From: Candidatus Foliamicus sp.
GTDB taxonomy: Bacteria > Pseudomonadota > Gammaproteobacteria > Steroidobacterales > Foliamicaceae
Strand: one strand, 5' to 3'
Length of the DNA: 64,000 nt
NCBI GenBank assembly: GCA_965221325.1
Contig: OZ244880.1
Positions 47,808-56,442 of this stretch are shown here, in pieces. Position numbers and translations under genes: made by a program. The first letter of the stretch is position 1. Every line of letters starts with the position of its first letter. The notes under the pieces are model-generated. The model did no database searches. It saw nothing but the letters and a program-made list of their open reading frames with translations, and was not told the DNA's origin.

Positions 47808-48982
47808 AGCTCGGATTCCGCGCCCGCAACCGGCAGATATTCGCCATCCGGGCCGACCGAAGTCAGGTACACCGCGTCTGATCCCTGGTAGTCGTCGGGG
47901 CCGAACTCCAGCACAAAACCGCCCATGTCGATGCGACCCGCCCCGCGCAGCGTCGGCAGCACCTGGTCCCTGCGTGGCTCCGGACCGGAAAGTTCCATGG
48001 CCACCGCCGCCATGCGTCCCGCCAGATAGCCTTCCAGCGAGACTAAACCGGGCTCCACTTCCGGCGCAAACTCCCGCAGCGCGGCGTGGTACTGATCCAC
48101 TACGGGCAGTGCCTTGCCCAGCAGCGGCGGCACCACGTTCGTCATCAGCAGTCCTGCTTCATTCAGGCTCTCCTCGCTGAGATTGCGAAGTAGCGCGCTA
48201 CCGCCGGCGAAAGACGTGGTCAGCCGCACCAGCTTGAGCCCCAGCTTGGTGGTCCAATTCACGAAGGTTGCCACCGGCGCCGGCGCGCCGACAATGATCA
48301 CGGCTTGCGGATTGCCTTCGATCACGTCCAGCAGGGTTGTCTTTACGGCAGTCGTATTGCGCGGATACACCGCCGTGGCGACCGGCTCCAGGCCGCGGCG
48401 TTCGAGGGCCAACTGGGCGCCGCGAAAGCCGGCGCGCCCGAAGGAGTCATCCTGGTAGGCGACGGCAACCCGGGTGAGTCCCTGGCCGCTCAGAAACGCC
48501 AGCATGGCTTCGGTCTCCTGGTAGTAGGAGGCGCGCAGGTTGATCACGTTCTGCCACTGACCGTCGCGCAGAAAGGGCGCCCCGGTGAACGGAGCGATGT
48601 AGGGCACCCCGGCGGCTGCAGCCACCGGAACCGAGGATCGGGCGGTAGGCGTTCCTACTGCCCCGATCAGCGCAAAGACCTGGTGCTCGTTGATGAGTGC
48701 GCGCGTATTCTCGATTGCGGCCTCGGGTTCATAGCCATCGTCCAGCGAGATCAGTTCCAGCCGCCTGCCATGTACTCCGCCACTACGGTTAGCTTCGGCG
48801 AATGCCGCCTCGATTCCGGTGCGCATGGCCTGACCCAAGCCCATTGCCGGTCCGCTTAGCGCTGCCGACTGGCCGAACAGGATACGCCCGGACTCCGCCT
48901 GCGGCTGTGCCAAGGCGGCTGCGGAAACTGTCAGGCCAAAGACGACGAGCGCCGAAAGCCGCCACCTGAGGCGCGCAATCAC
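47804..48982 (-). CDS. Periplasmic substrate-binding protein, type-1 PBP (Leu/Ile/Val-binding-like)
   Basis: It has the signal peptide LSALVVFGLTVSAAALA and the LivJ-like N-terminus GQSAALSGPAMGLGQAMRTGIEAAF. The GTG at 48982 overlaps the upstream stop (GTGA), and its own stop overlaps the HK start. Confidence 0.8.
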   Translation of the reverse strand: MIARLRWRLSALVVFGLTVSAAALAQPQAESGRILFGQSAALSGPAMGLGQAMRTGIEAAFAEANRSGGVHGRRLELISLDDGYEPEAAIENTRALINEHQVFALIGAVGTPTARSSVPVAAAAGVPYIAPFTGAPFLRDGQWQNVINLRASYYQETEAMLAFLSGQGLTRVAVAYQDDSFGRAGFRGAQLALERRGLEPVATAVYPRNTTAVKTTLLDVIEGNPQAVIIVGAPAPVATFVNWTTKLGLKLVRLTTSFAGGSALLRNLSEESLNEAGLLMTNVVPPLLGKALPVVDQYHAALREFAPEVEPGLVSLEGYLAGRMAAVAMELSGPEPRRDQVLPTLRGAGRIDMGGFVLEFGPDDYQGSDAVYLTSVGPDGEYLPVAGAESEL

Positions 48983-49401
48983 GCCGTATGCCGCATCTTG
49001 AGCGTAAGGCGGTTGCGGCACCCCTCGCGGCAGTAACTGACCTCGTCCATGATTTCCTTCACCAGGTGTATGCCCAGCCCGCCGATCTTGCGCTCCTCAA
49101 TGCCTGCCGAGGTATCGGGAGCAGGCGGGTCCACCAGCGGGTCGAAGGCTTCGGCTTCGTCGATTATTTCGATCGTCAGTTCAGCGTCGCCATGGTGAAA
49201 ACGGATTTCGATCTCCCTGGCTTCGTCGCCCTCGTAGCCGTAATCGATGATATTCAGGCCCAGTTCCTCGACCGCCAGCTTGACTTTGAACAGCATTTCT
49301 TCGGCCCAGCCCTGCTGCTGAGCCATGGCGTCGATCTCCTGCTCGGCGCGCTGCAGCTCCTCGCGGCTGGCGCCGATCCGGAGCACACGTGTGGCTGTCA
49401 C
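48979..49401 (-). CDS. Anti-sigma regulatory factor / serine-protein kinase (RsbW/SpoIIAB-like HATPase)
   Basis: It is 140 aa with the N-box-like VEELGLNIIDYG and the G-box GGLGIHLV. Confidence 0.8.
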   Translation of the reverse strand: MTATRVLRIGASREELQRAEQEIDAMAQQQGWAEEMLFKVKLAVEELGLNIIDYGYEGDEAREIEIRFHHGDAELTIEIIDEAEAFDPLVDPPAPDTSAGIEERKIGGLGIHLVKEIMDEVSYCREGCRNRLTLKMRHTA

Positions 49402-50574
49402 GGTTTGGACTCCGTGCGCCGTAGAACGAGGCAGGTAATGTCGTCGGATTGCGAGCGGTCGCCGGCAAACCCCCGCACCGATGCGAAAACCGCGTCATTG
49501 GCTGCCCGCGCACTCTCGGGCGGTGAGCCGGCAAACACTGCCTGCAGGCGCTCCATGCCGTACTCTTCGCTGTCTGCATTCTCCGCCTCGGAAACGCCGT
49601 CGGTATAGAGAAACAGGGCCTCGCCCGGCTTCAGCGTAATCTGCCCGGAACCGAAATCGAAATTAGGCACGACGCCCAGCGCCACGCCCTCGGTGAGCGG
49701 CAGCAGCGATGAGCTGCCGTCCGGATGCACGATCAGCGGCGGGTTGTGGCCGCCATTGGCGTAGTGCACCCGCCCCGTGGCGGGGTCATAGACCGCATAG
49801 AAGAGAGTAACGAACATGTTGGCTTCGTTGCCGTCGTTCAACTGCTCGTTGACCACGGCCACTACCGTTGCCGGATCCTCGCAGCCCAGTGCGGCGCCCT
49901 TGAGCAAGGTTCGGCTGGACATCATGAACAGGGCAGCGGGAATCCCCTTGTCCGATACGTCCGCAATGGCGATGCCGATGCGCCCGTCTTCCAGGCGGAT
50001 AATGTCGAAGAAGTCGCCTCCGACGTTCCGGGCCGGCTCCATGCTGCCGAACAGTTCGTAGTGCTCGTTCTCCGGGAAGCGCTTCGGCAGGATCGATTGC
50101 TGCATGCTGTTGGCCACGTCGAGCTCGCTTTGCAGGCTCATCAACTGGCTGCGCGACGCCTCCGCCTCGCGCCACATTTCCAGTTGCTGCAAGCCCCGCT
50201 CCACCGTGACTCGCAGGTCGTCGAAATCAATCGGCTTGGTAACGAAATCGAAAGCCCCGCGGTTCATGGCGGCGCGAATGTTCTTTATGTCTCCGTACGC
50301 CGATATGACCACGGAGCGCAGGTCGGTATCCACGTCGGGCAGTTTTTCCAGCAGGGTAAGCCCGTCCATGCGTGGCATGTTGATATCGGAAAGCACGAGG
50401 TCGATATCGTCGTGCTGCTCGATGACCTCCAACGCCTCGACGCCGTCGTGGGCAAATACGAAAGAGTACTTGCCGGAGCGGATCTCGCGGCGCATGCGCT
50501 GCCGGACCAGTTGCTCCAGGTCCTGCTCGTCATCCACCATCAGGATCTTGTGTTGCGCTTCCATCCCTTGCCCG
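49398..50574 (-). CDS. Response regulator with PP2C/SpoIIE phosphatase output (RsbU-like)
   Basis: The receiver domain reads KILMVDDEQD...LVLSDINMPRMDG. The PP2C motifs are VGGDFFDI, IADVSDKGIPAALFM and DDITCLV. The start is taken at MEAQHK (50574). Confidence 0.88.
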
Positions 50575-50635
50575 CCGCAGGTTGAATCAATGCGACATTG
50601 TAATAGGGCGCGGGTCGGCACCGCGCCGTGGCCGC

Positions 50636-51643
50636 TCAGGCTTCCAACATCCTCTGCACCGCGAGGCGCGCCCGGGCTGAAGTTTCCGCCGGTATGCGCA
50701 CTTCGGGTTGCAAGGTTTCCAGGGCACGCAATATCTTGGGCAGGGTAATGCGCTTCATGTGCGGACACAGGTTGCAGGGACGCACGAACTCCACATCCGG
50801 GTGCTCCACCGCCACGTTGTCGCTCATCGAACACTCGGTAACCATCACCACGCGGCGAGGCTTGCGTTTGCCCACGTAGCGGATCATGGCCGAAGTCGAA
50901 CCCACGAAATCCGCTTCCGCCAACACATCGGGTGGGCACTCGGGGTGGGCTATTACCTGAATTCCCTGGTGCGCATTGCGGTAACTGCGGATTTCCTCGG
51001 CCGTGAAGCGCTCATGCACTTCGCAACTGCCTTCCCAGAGGATGATCTCCACATCGGTCTTGCCGGCCACGTAACGGCCCAGGTAGCCGTCGGGCAGAAA
51101 GATGACGCGGTCCACGCCCAGCGACTCGACGATCCGCACTGCGTTGGCCGAAGTGCAGCATATGTCCGACTCCGCCTTCACTTCCGCGGAAGTATTGACG
51201 TACGTCACCACTGGAACGCCCGGATATTTCTGCTTCAGCAGGCGCACATCTTCGCCCGTGATCGCAGCGGCAAGCGAACAGCCCGCTTCGAGATCGGGAA
51301 TGAGAACAGTCTTTTCGGGGGCCAGTATCTTTGCCGTCTCGGCCATGAAGTGCACACCGCACATCAGAATCACGCCGGCTTCGGCTTCGGCGCCGAGCCG
51401 GGCCAGTTCCAGCGAGTCGCCGGAATGGTCGGCAACGCCGTGAAAGATTTCCGGGGTCTGGTAGTTGTGCACGAGGATGACGGCGTCGCGCTCGCGTTTC
51501 AGCGCATTGATCCGGGCTATGTAGGGTGCATGCGCCGGCCATTCCACCTCGGGGATAACGTCGGACAACCGCTCCCAGACGGCCGCGGTGGCGCGTTGCA
51601 CTTCGGCATTGAAATCGAGATTGCCGCTGGACTGAGTCTGCAT
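50636..51643 (-). CDS. nadA: Quinolinate synthase
   Basis: It is 335 aa and contains ILVHNYQ, the CGVHFMAETAKIL-like region and a C-terminal CPHMK Fe-S ligand context. Confidence 0.95.
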   Translation of the reverse strand: MQTQSSGNLDFNAEVQRATAAVWERLSDVIPEVEWPAHAPYIARINALKRERDAVILVHNYQTPEIFHGVADHSGDSLELARLGAEAEAGVILMCGVHFMAETAKILAPEKTVLIPDLEAGCSLAAAITGEDVRLLKQKYPGVPVVTYVNTSAEVKAESDICCTSANAVRIVESLGVDRVIFLPDGYLGRYVAGKTDVEIILWEGSCEVHERFTAEEIRSYRNAHQGIQVIAHPECPPDVLAEADFVGSTSAMIRYVGKRKPRRVVMVTECSMSDNVAVEHPDVEFVRPCNLCPHMKRITLPKILRALETLQPEVRIPAETSARARLAVQRMLEA

Positions 51644-51703
51644 TGGATGGCTCCGCTGGCGCAGTTGTAATGCTACAAGTGAGCATAAGGAATGTCAATC
51701 GCC

Positions 51704-52924
51704 TGTACCGGTTCACGACATATGGGACTGAGCGTGTTCGGCCGTCCTGTATTTTCGAAGGTATTGCATTGGTGTGAGCAAGTCCAGGGCGTAGTGAGGT
51801 CGGACATGGTTGTAGAAGTGCTGGTATTGTGCCAAGGCGGGTGCGGCGTCCTTGACGGTGAGTTGTCCGCTGTAGAGGTTCCAGAACTCGGTTTTTGAGC
51901 TGTCGTTGGCGCGTTCGACGACGCCGTTGAGCTGGGGGCTTTTGGGTGGCAGTACGGCGAGGGGGATTTGGAGCGTCTGGCAGGCGTCTTCGAACTCGGC
52001 GCGGAACTCGGCGCCGCCATCGACTTGCAGGGATTGCAGCGGACAGGGCAGTTCGGTTCGGACTGCTTGCAAGAAGCGCCGGGCGTTGTTGGCGGTAGCC
52101 CGGGAATACACGCGCACGACCAGTTGTTTGCTGACCGGGCAGACGGCCTTGAACTCTTTGAGCGTATCGCCGTCGCGCGACACACTCATGTGATCGATCT
52201 GCACCCACTCGCCGGGCTGAGCGGCCTTCACGCCGGGACGCCAGCGCTGGGCGTGTCCGTTGGCGAAGTTGCGCCTTCGCTTGGCCGTCACCCGCCCGCG
52301 GCAGAACGCGCACGGCGTGATCCGGCGCAGGCATACGCCCTTGACGAGGATCCGTCCAATGGTCGATTCCGACAGGAGGATTCCTTCGCGATCCAGCATC
52401 ACCTTAAGGCGCCGCTTGCCCATGAACGGATAGTGCTTGCGCATCCGCCATACGGCCCATTCCTGGGCCCGCGTCCAGCGCGCGGGATGGGTGCGTCTCG
52501 GGCGGCGGCTTTTGGCTGCCAGCCCCTTCACGCCTTGAGAACGGTAGCGCGCCTGCCAGCGGTAATAGGTGGATCGGGACCAGCCGACCGCGCGCAGAGC
52601 CGCGGCCTCGCCGCACCCCTCTGCGCGTAACTCCCGATAGGTCTCGATCTTGCGTAAGCGCTCAAATGCATCGCCCGGCGTGGTATCGTCCATGCGCACA
52701 CGTTTCATCCCCAGGGACTTGATTTGCATGGTTCGGCTCCTTTTTGTTTGTTCGAAAAACAAAGGCTAACCGAACCCGCGCCCCGGCGAGCGCCGGGGCG
52801 CACCTCTTTTCCTTGCGTCGCTACGCTCCCTGCGGAAAAGAGCTGCGCCGTTCCCGCCCCATCAGAGCAGAAACCACCCCGCCATCACTTCGGCACCAGT
52901 CCCACATGTGTCTGAACCCGGACA
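51704..52924 (-). mobile_element. IS481-family insertion sequence, copy 1 (1221 bp)
   Basis: The boundaries are defined by where the two copies stop matching. The termini are TGT...ACA, with imperfect inverted repeats of about 27 bp (TGTACCGGTTCA...GGGACTG versus TGTCCGGGTTCA...GGGACTG). It carries a single DDE transposase ORF. Confidence 0.9.
51713..52762 (-). CDS. IS481-family DDE transposase
   Basis: The 349-aa protein has an N-terminal HTH (GWSRSTYYRWQARY) and an rve-type integrase core (WVQIDHM...QVDGGAEF...N.VVERAN). Confidence 0.9.
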   Translation of the reverse strand: MFFEQTKRSRTMQIKSLGMKRVRMDDTTPGDAFERLRKIETYRELRAEGCGEAAALRAVGWSRSTYYRWQARYRSQGVKGLAAKSRRPRRTHPARWTRAQEWAVWRMRKHYPFMGKRRLKVMLDREGILLSESTIGRILVKGVCLRRITPCAFCRGRVTAKRRRNFANGHAQRWRPGVKAAQPGEWVQIDHMSVSRDGDTLKEFKAVCPVSKQLVVRVYSRATANNARRFLQAVRTELPCPLQSLQVDGGAEFRAEFEDACQTLQIPLAVLPPKSPQLNGVVERANDSSKTEFWNLYSGQLTVKDAAPALAQYQHFYNHVRPHYALDLLTPMQYLRKYRTAEHAQSHMS

Positions 52925-52996
52925 TGACATTCGGTGTCAACCGCCTTGGCAGGCAATTGAGTGCCGGCTGGGGAGGCGCGGAAAAGCGCTCCGACT

Positions 52997-54037
52997 ATGA
53001 CTGATGAGACTGAAGCAGCACTGGCCGAACGCCGTATCCTGTCCATAGACGGGGGCGGAATCCTCGGTACGTTCCCAGCCGCCTTTCTGGCAGGTCTTGA
53101 GGGGCACTTGAAAGGCCAGCCGATAGGGTCGTACTTTGACCTGATAGCGGGCACTTCCACTGGCGGCATCATCGCCATTGGGCTGGCAATGGGTCTGCGC
53201 GCCTCGGACCTTCTCGAACTCTACGAAAAGCGCGGCCCCTGCATTTTCGGGCAGGGGCGCGGACAGGCCACAGACTTTATCATGGACAAGCTGCGATTCG
53301 GTCGCCAGCTCGTCATGAACAAACACGATTCCGGGCCTCTGAGACGTGCTCTGGAGGAAACACTCGGCGACAAGCGGATTGGCAATGCGAACACCCGCCT
53401 CCTAATCCCTGCGTGGAACCCAGTGGCGCGGTCTGTATACATCTACAAAACTGCGCATCATGACCGTCTTCGTAACGACTACAAGTCCCTTGCTGTAGAT
53501 GCGGCTCTGGCCACAGCCGCAGCGCCAACCTACTTCCCGCGGCACATCACGCAAAACGCAGTCGGGCTGACGGACGGCGGAACGTGGGCGAACAACCCCA
53601 CGGCCTTGGCTGTTGTTGAGGCGATCACGATGCTGGGATGGTCCGGCGAATCCCTTCGCGTCCTCAGTCTCGGGAGTCTGGAGGAGACTTACAAAATCAG
53701 GAAGTGGGCCGGCATCGGACCGCTCGGTTCCAAAGTCATCAAGCTGTTTATGGACGGTCAGTCGCACAGCGCGATGGGAATCGCAAAGCTGCTCACCGGG
53801 CACGAGCATGAACGGGCGGCCATTTATCGCATCAACCACACAGTCCCCCATGGCGCATACAAAATGGATGACACGCGTGTCGTTCAGGAACTCAAGGGGC
53901 TGGGATATCACTTCGCACGCGATCGGAAACCGGTTCTCGATCCCGTGTTCTTCAGCCAGCCGGCAGAGGCATTCGTGCCCGCTCATGAGTTGGATCAGGA
54001 ACCGGAGAAGGCATCATCTGAGAGGTGTTCCGCATGA
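52997..54037 (+). CDS. Patatin-like phospholipase (CapV-like CBASS effector candidate)
   Basis: It has the oxyanion hole SIDGGGILG, the nucleophile elbow GTSTGG and the catalytic Asp in LTDGGTWANNP. The stop overlaps the next gene's ATG (ATGA at 54034-54037). Confidence 0.88.
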   Translation: MTDETEAALAERRILSIDGGGILGTFPAAFLAGLEGHLKGQPIGSYFDLIAGTSTGGIIAIGLAMGLRASDLLELYEKRGPCIFGQGRGQATDFIMDKLRFGRQLVMNKHDSGPLRRALEETLGDKRIGNANTRLLIPAWNPVARSVYIYKTAHHDRLRNDYKSLAVDAALATAAAPTYFPRHITQNAVGLTDGGTWANNPTALAVVEAITMLGWSGESLRVLSLGSLEETYKIRKWAGIGPLGSKVIKLFMDGQSHSAMGIAKLLTGHEHERAAIYRINHTVPHGAYKMDDTRVVQELKGLGYHFARDRKPVLDPVFFSQPAEAFVPAHELDQEPEKASSERCSA

Positions 54038-54980
54038 CTATGGATGTCAGAAAGTATTGTGAGTTTTTGGAACAGGTCGCGCGCGAGATTGATATTCCGC
54101 CAGGCAAATATCGGGACGCCGTGGACAGGTATGAGGCAGTGGGGCGTTGGCTTGAAGACGCGGAGTATCCCGATTGCCGCGTCGAGCCCAGCATATACGT
54201 GCAGGGATCGTTTCGGCTGGGAACTGTAACGCGCCCCCTCCGAGGCGGGATCGAAGCGAGCTACGATATTGACCTAGTCTGTGAGTTGGCAATCCAAAAG
54301 AAACGGACAACACCAGGGTCCGTCAAAGCGATGGTCGGTGACCGTCTCCAGGGGCACGGGACGTACCGACAGCTTCTTGATGCTGAGGGCCGCCGGTGCT
54401 GGACACTGGAGTACGCCGAGCAGGATGGCGTGGGCTTCCATCTGGATGTCCTGCCTGCTGTCCCGGATGCGCTAGGGTTTCCGGACACTGCGATCGCGAT
54501 AACCAATAAGGCGGACAACTGCTACTCTTGGTCAGCCAGCAATCCCCGAGGCTACGGGGATTGGTTTGACAGCAAGAACGCAACCGCCTTCCAGCGCGTT
54601 GCCTTCGAACAGAAGCAAAGTATGCAGCGCCGGGAATCGCTGGTTTTTGACAGCATCGAAGAGGTTCCCGACCAGCTAGTCCGCACGCCGCTTCAATGTT
54701 CGATTCAGCTTATGAAGCGGCATCGTGATCTGCGCTTCGATCACTATGACCGCATCGACTACGCGCCGATCTCGATTATCGTCACTACGCTTGCAGCGCA
54801 CCTTTACCGCAACGAGCCGGATGTTTACTCGGCCCTGGCAGGAATTGTCGGCCGGCTGAATGCGCATGCGGCTCTCATTGAGGGCGGGGCCGTCGACCCA
54901 ACAGTGGCGGCGATAGGGCTCATCCAGCGTCGCGCAGACGGCACGTAGTATATCGGGAATCCTGTTAACCCGGAAGAGAA

Positions 54981-56201
54981 TGTACCGGTTCACGACATAT
55001 GGGACTGAGCGTGTTCGGCTGTCCTGTATTTTCGAAGGTATTGCATTGGTGTGAGCAAGTCCAGGGCGTAGTGAGGTCGGACATGGTTGTAGAAGTGCTG
55101 GTATTGTGCCAAGGCGGGTGCGGCGTCCTTGACGGTGAGTTGTCCGCTGTAGAGGTTCCAGAACTCGGTTTTTGAGCTGTCGTTGGCGCGTTCGACGACG
55201 CCGTTGAGCTGGGGGCTTTTGGGTGGCAGTACGGCGAGGGGGATTTGGAGCGTCTGGCAGGCGTCTTCGAACTCGGCGCGGAACTCGGCGCCGCCATCGA
55301 CTTGCAGGGATTGCAGCGGACAGGGCAGTTCGTTTCGGACTGCTTGCAAGAAGCGCCGGGCGTTGTTGGCGGTAGCCCGGGAATACACGCGCACGACCAG
55401 TTGTTTGCTGACCGGGCAGACGGCCTTGAACTCTTTGAGCGTATCGCCGTCGCGCGACACACTCATGTGATCGATCTGCACCCACTCGCCGGGCTGAGCG
55501 GCCTTCACGCCGGGACGCCAGCGCTGGGCGTGTCCGTTGGCGAAGTTGCGCCTTCGCTTGGCCGTCACCCGCCCGCGGCAGAACGCGCACGGCGTGATCC
55601 GGCGCAGGCATACGCCCTTGACGAGGATCCGTCCAATGGTCGATTCCGACAGGAGGATTCCTTCGCGATCCAGCATCACCTTAAGGCGCCGCTTGCCCAT
55701 GAACGGATAGTGCTTGCGCATCCGCCATACGGCCCATTCCTGGGCCCGCGTCCAGCGCGCGGGATGGGTGCGTCTCGGGCGGCGGCTTTTGGCTGCCAGC
55801 CCCTTCACGCCTTGAGAACGGTAGCGCGCCTGCCAGCGGTAATAGGTGGATCGGGACCAGCCGACCGCGCGCAGAGCCGCGGCCTCGCCGCACCCCTCTG
55901 CGCGTAACTCCCGATAGGTCTCGATCTTGCGTAAGCGCTCAAATGCATCGCCCGGCGTGGTATCGTCCATGCGCACACGTTTCATCCCCAGGGACTTGAT
56001 TTGCATGGTTCGGCTCCTTTTTGTTTGTTCGAAAAACAAAGGCTAACCGAACCCGCGCCCCGGCGAGCGCCGGGGCGCACCTCTTTTCCTTGCGTCGCTA
56101 CGCTCCCTGCGGAAAAGAGCTGCGCCGTTCCCGCCCCATCAGAGCAGAAACCACCCCTCCATCACTTCGGCACCAGTCCCACATGTGTCTGAACCCGGAC
56201 A
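54981..56201 (-). mobile_element. IS481-family insertion sequence, copy 2 (1221 bp), flanked by a 4-bp AGAA duplication
   Basis: It differs from copy 1 at only three positions that I could find (55020, 55333, 56158). AGAA occurs at 54977-54980 and again at 56202-56205. Confidence 0.9.
54990..56039 (-). CDS. IS481-family DDE transposase (copy 2)
   Basis: It is 349 aa and differs from copy 1 by one residue (VRNELP versus VRTELP). Confidence 0.9.
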   Translation of the reverse strand: MFFEQTKRSRTMQIKSLGMKRVRMDDTTPGDAFERLRKIETYRELRAEGCGEAAALRAVGWSRSTYYRWQARYRSQGVKGLAAKSRRPRRTHPARWTRAQEWAVWRMRKHYPFMGKRRLKVMLDREGILLSESTIGRILVKGVCLRRITPCAFCRGRVTAKRRRNFANGHAQRWRPGVKAAQPGEWVQIDHMSVSRDGDTLKEFKAVCPVSKQLVVRVYSRATANNARRFLQAVRNELPCPLQSLQVDGGAEFRAEFEDACQTLQIPLAVLPPKSPQLNGVVERANDSSKTEFWNLYSGQLTVKDAAPALAQYQHFYNHVRPHYALDLLTPMQYLRKYRTAEHAQSHMS

Positions 56202-56442
56202 AGAACTTCGCCGACCGCTGGCACGAGGATAATCACGCACGCGCACACGCTTTCTTTGCCTGGGCGGATGCTCTTCAGAAAGACCTTCTCAACATCCTAG
56301 CCGAGACGAATCCGCGTCTGATCAAGGAAGGCCTAGGCCGCGCATTGGGTACGGCGGCGGCAGCCAAGCACTTCAATGTTCTTGGTCTGGCGAAGCCGGT
56401 GGAAACACCGCCGCACATTCACATCACCAGCCCTCCCAAGCC

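Noticed and set aside
51704-56201. The two IS copies plus the intervening DNA acting as a composite transposon that carries the patatin gene.
   Set aside because: The outer flanks (left of 51704 and right of 56201) share no duplication. Copy 2 has its own AGAA duplication, and its insertion point lies inside the cyclase gene, so the inner segment would carry a truncated gene. Independent insertions explain the data better.
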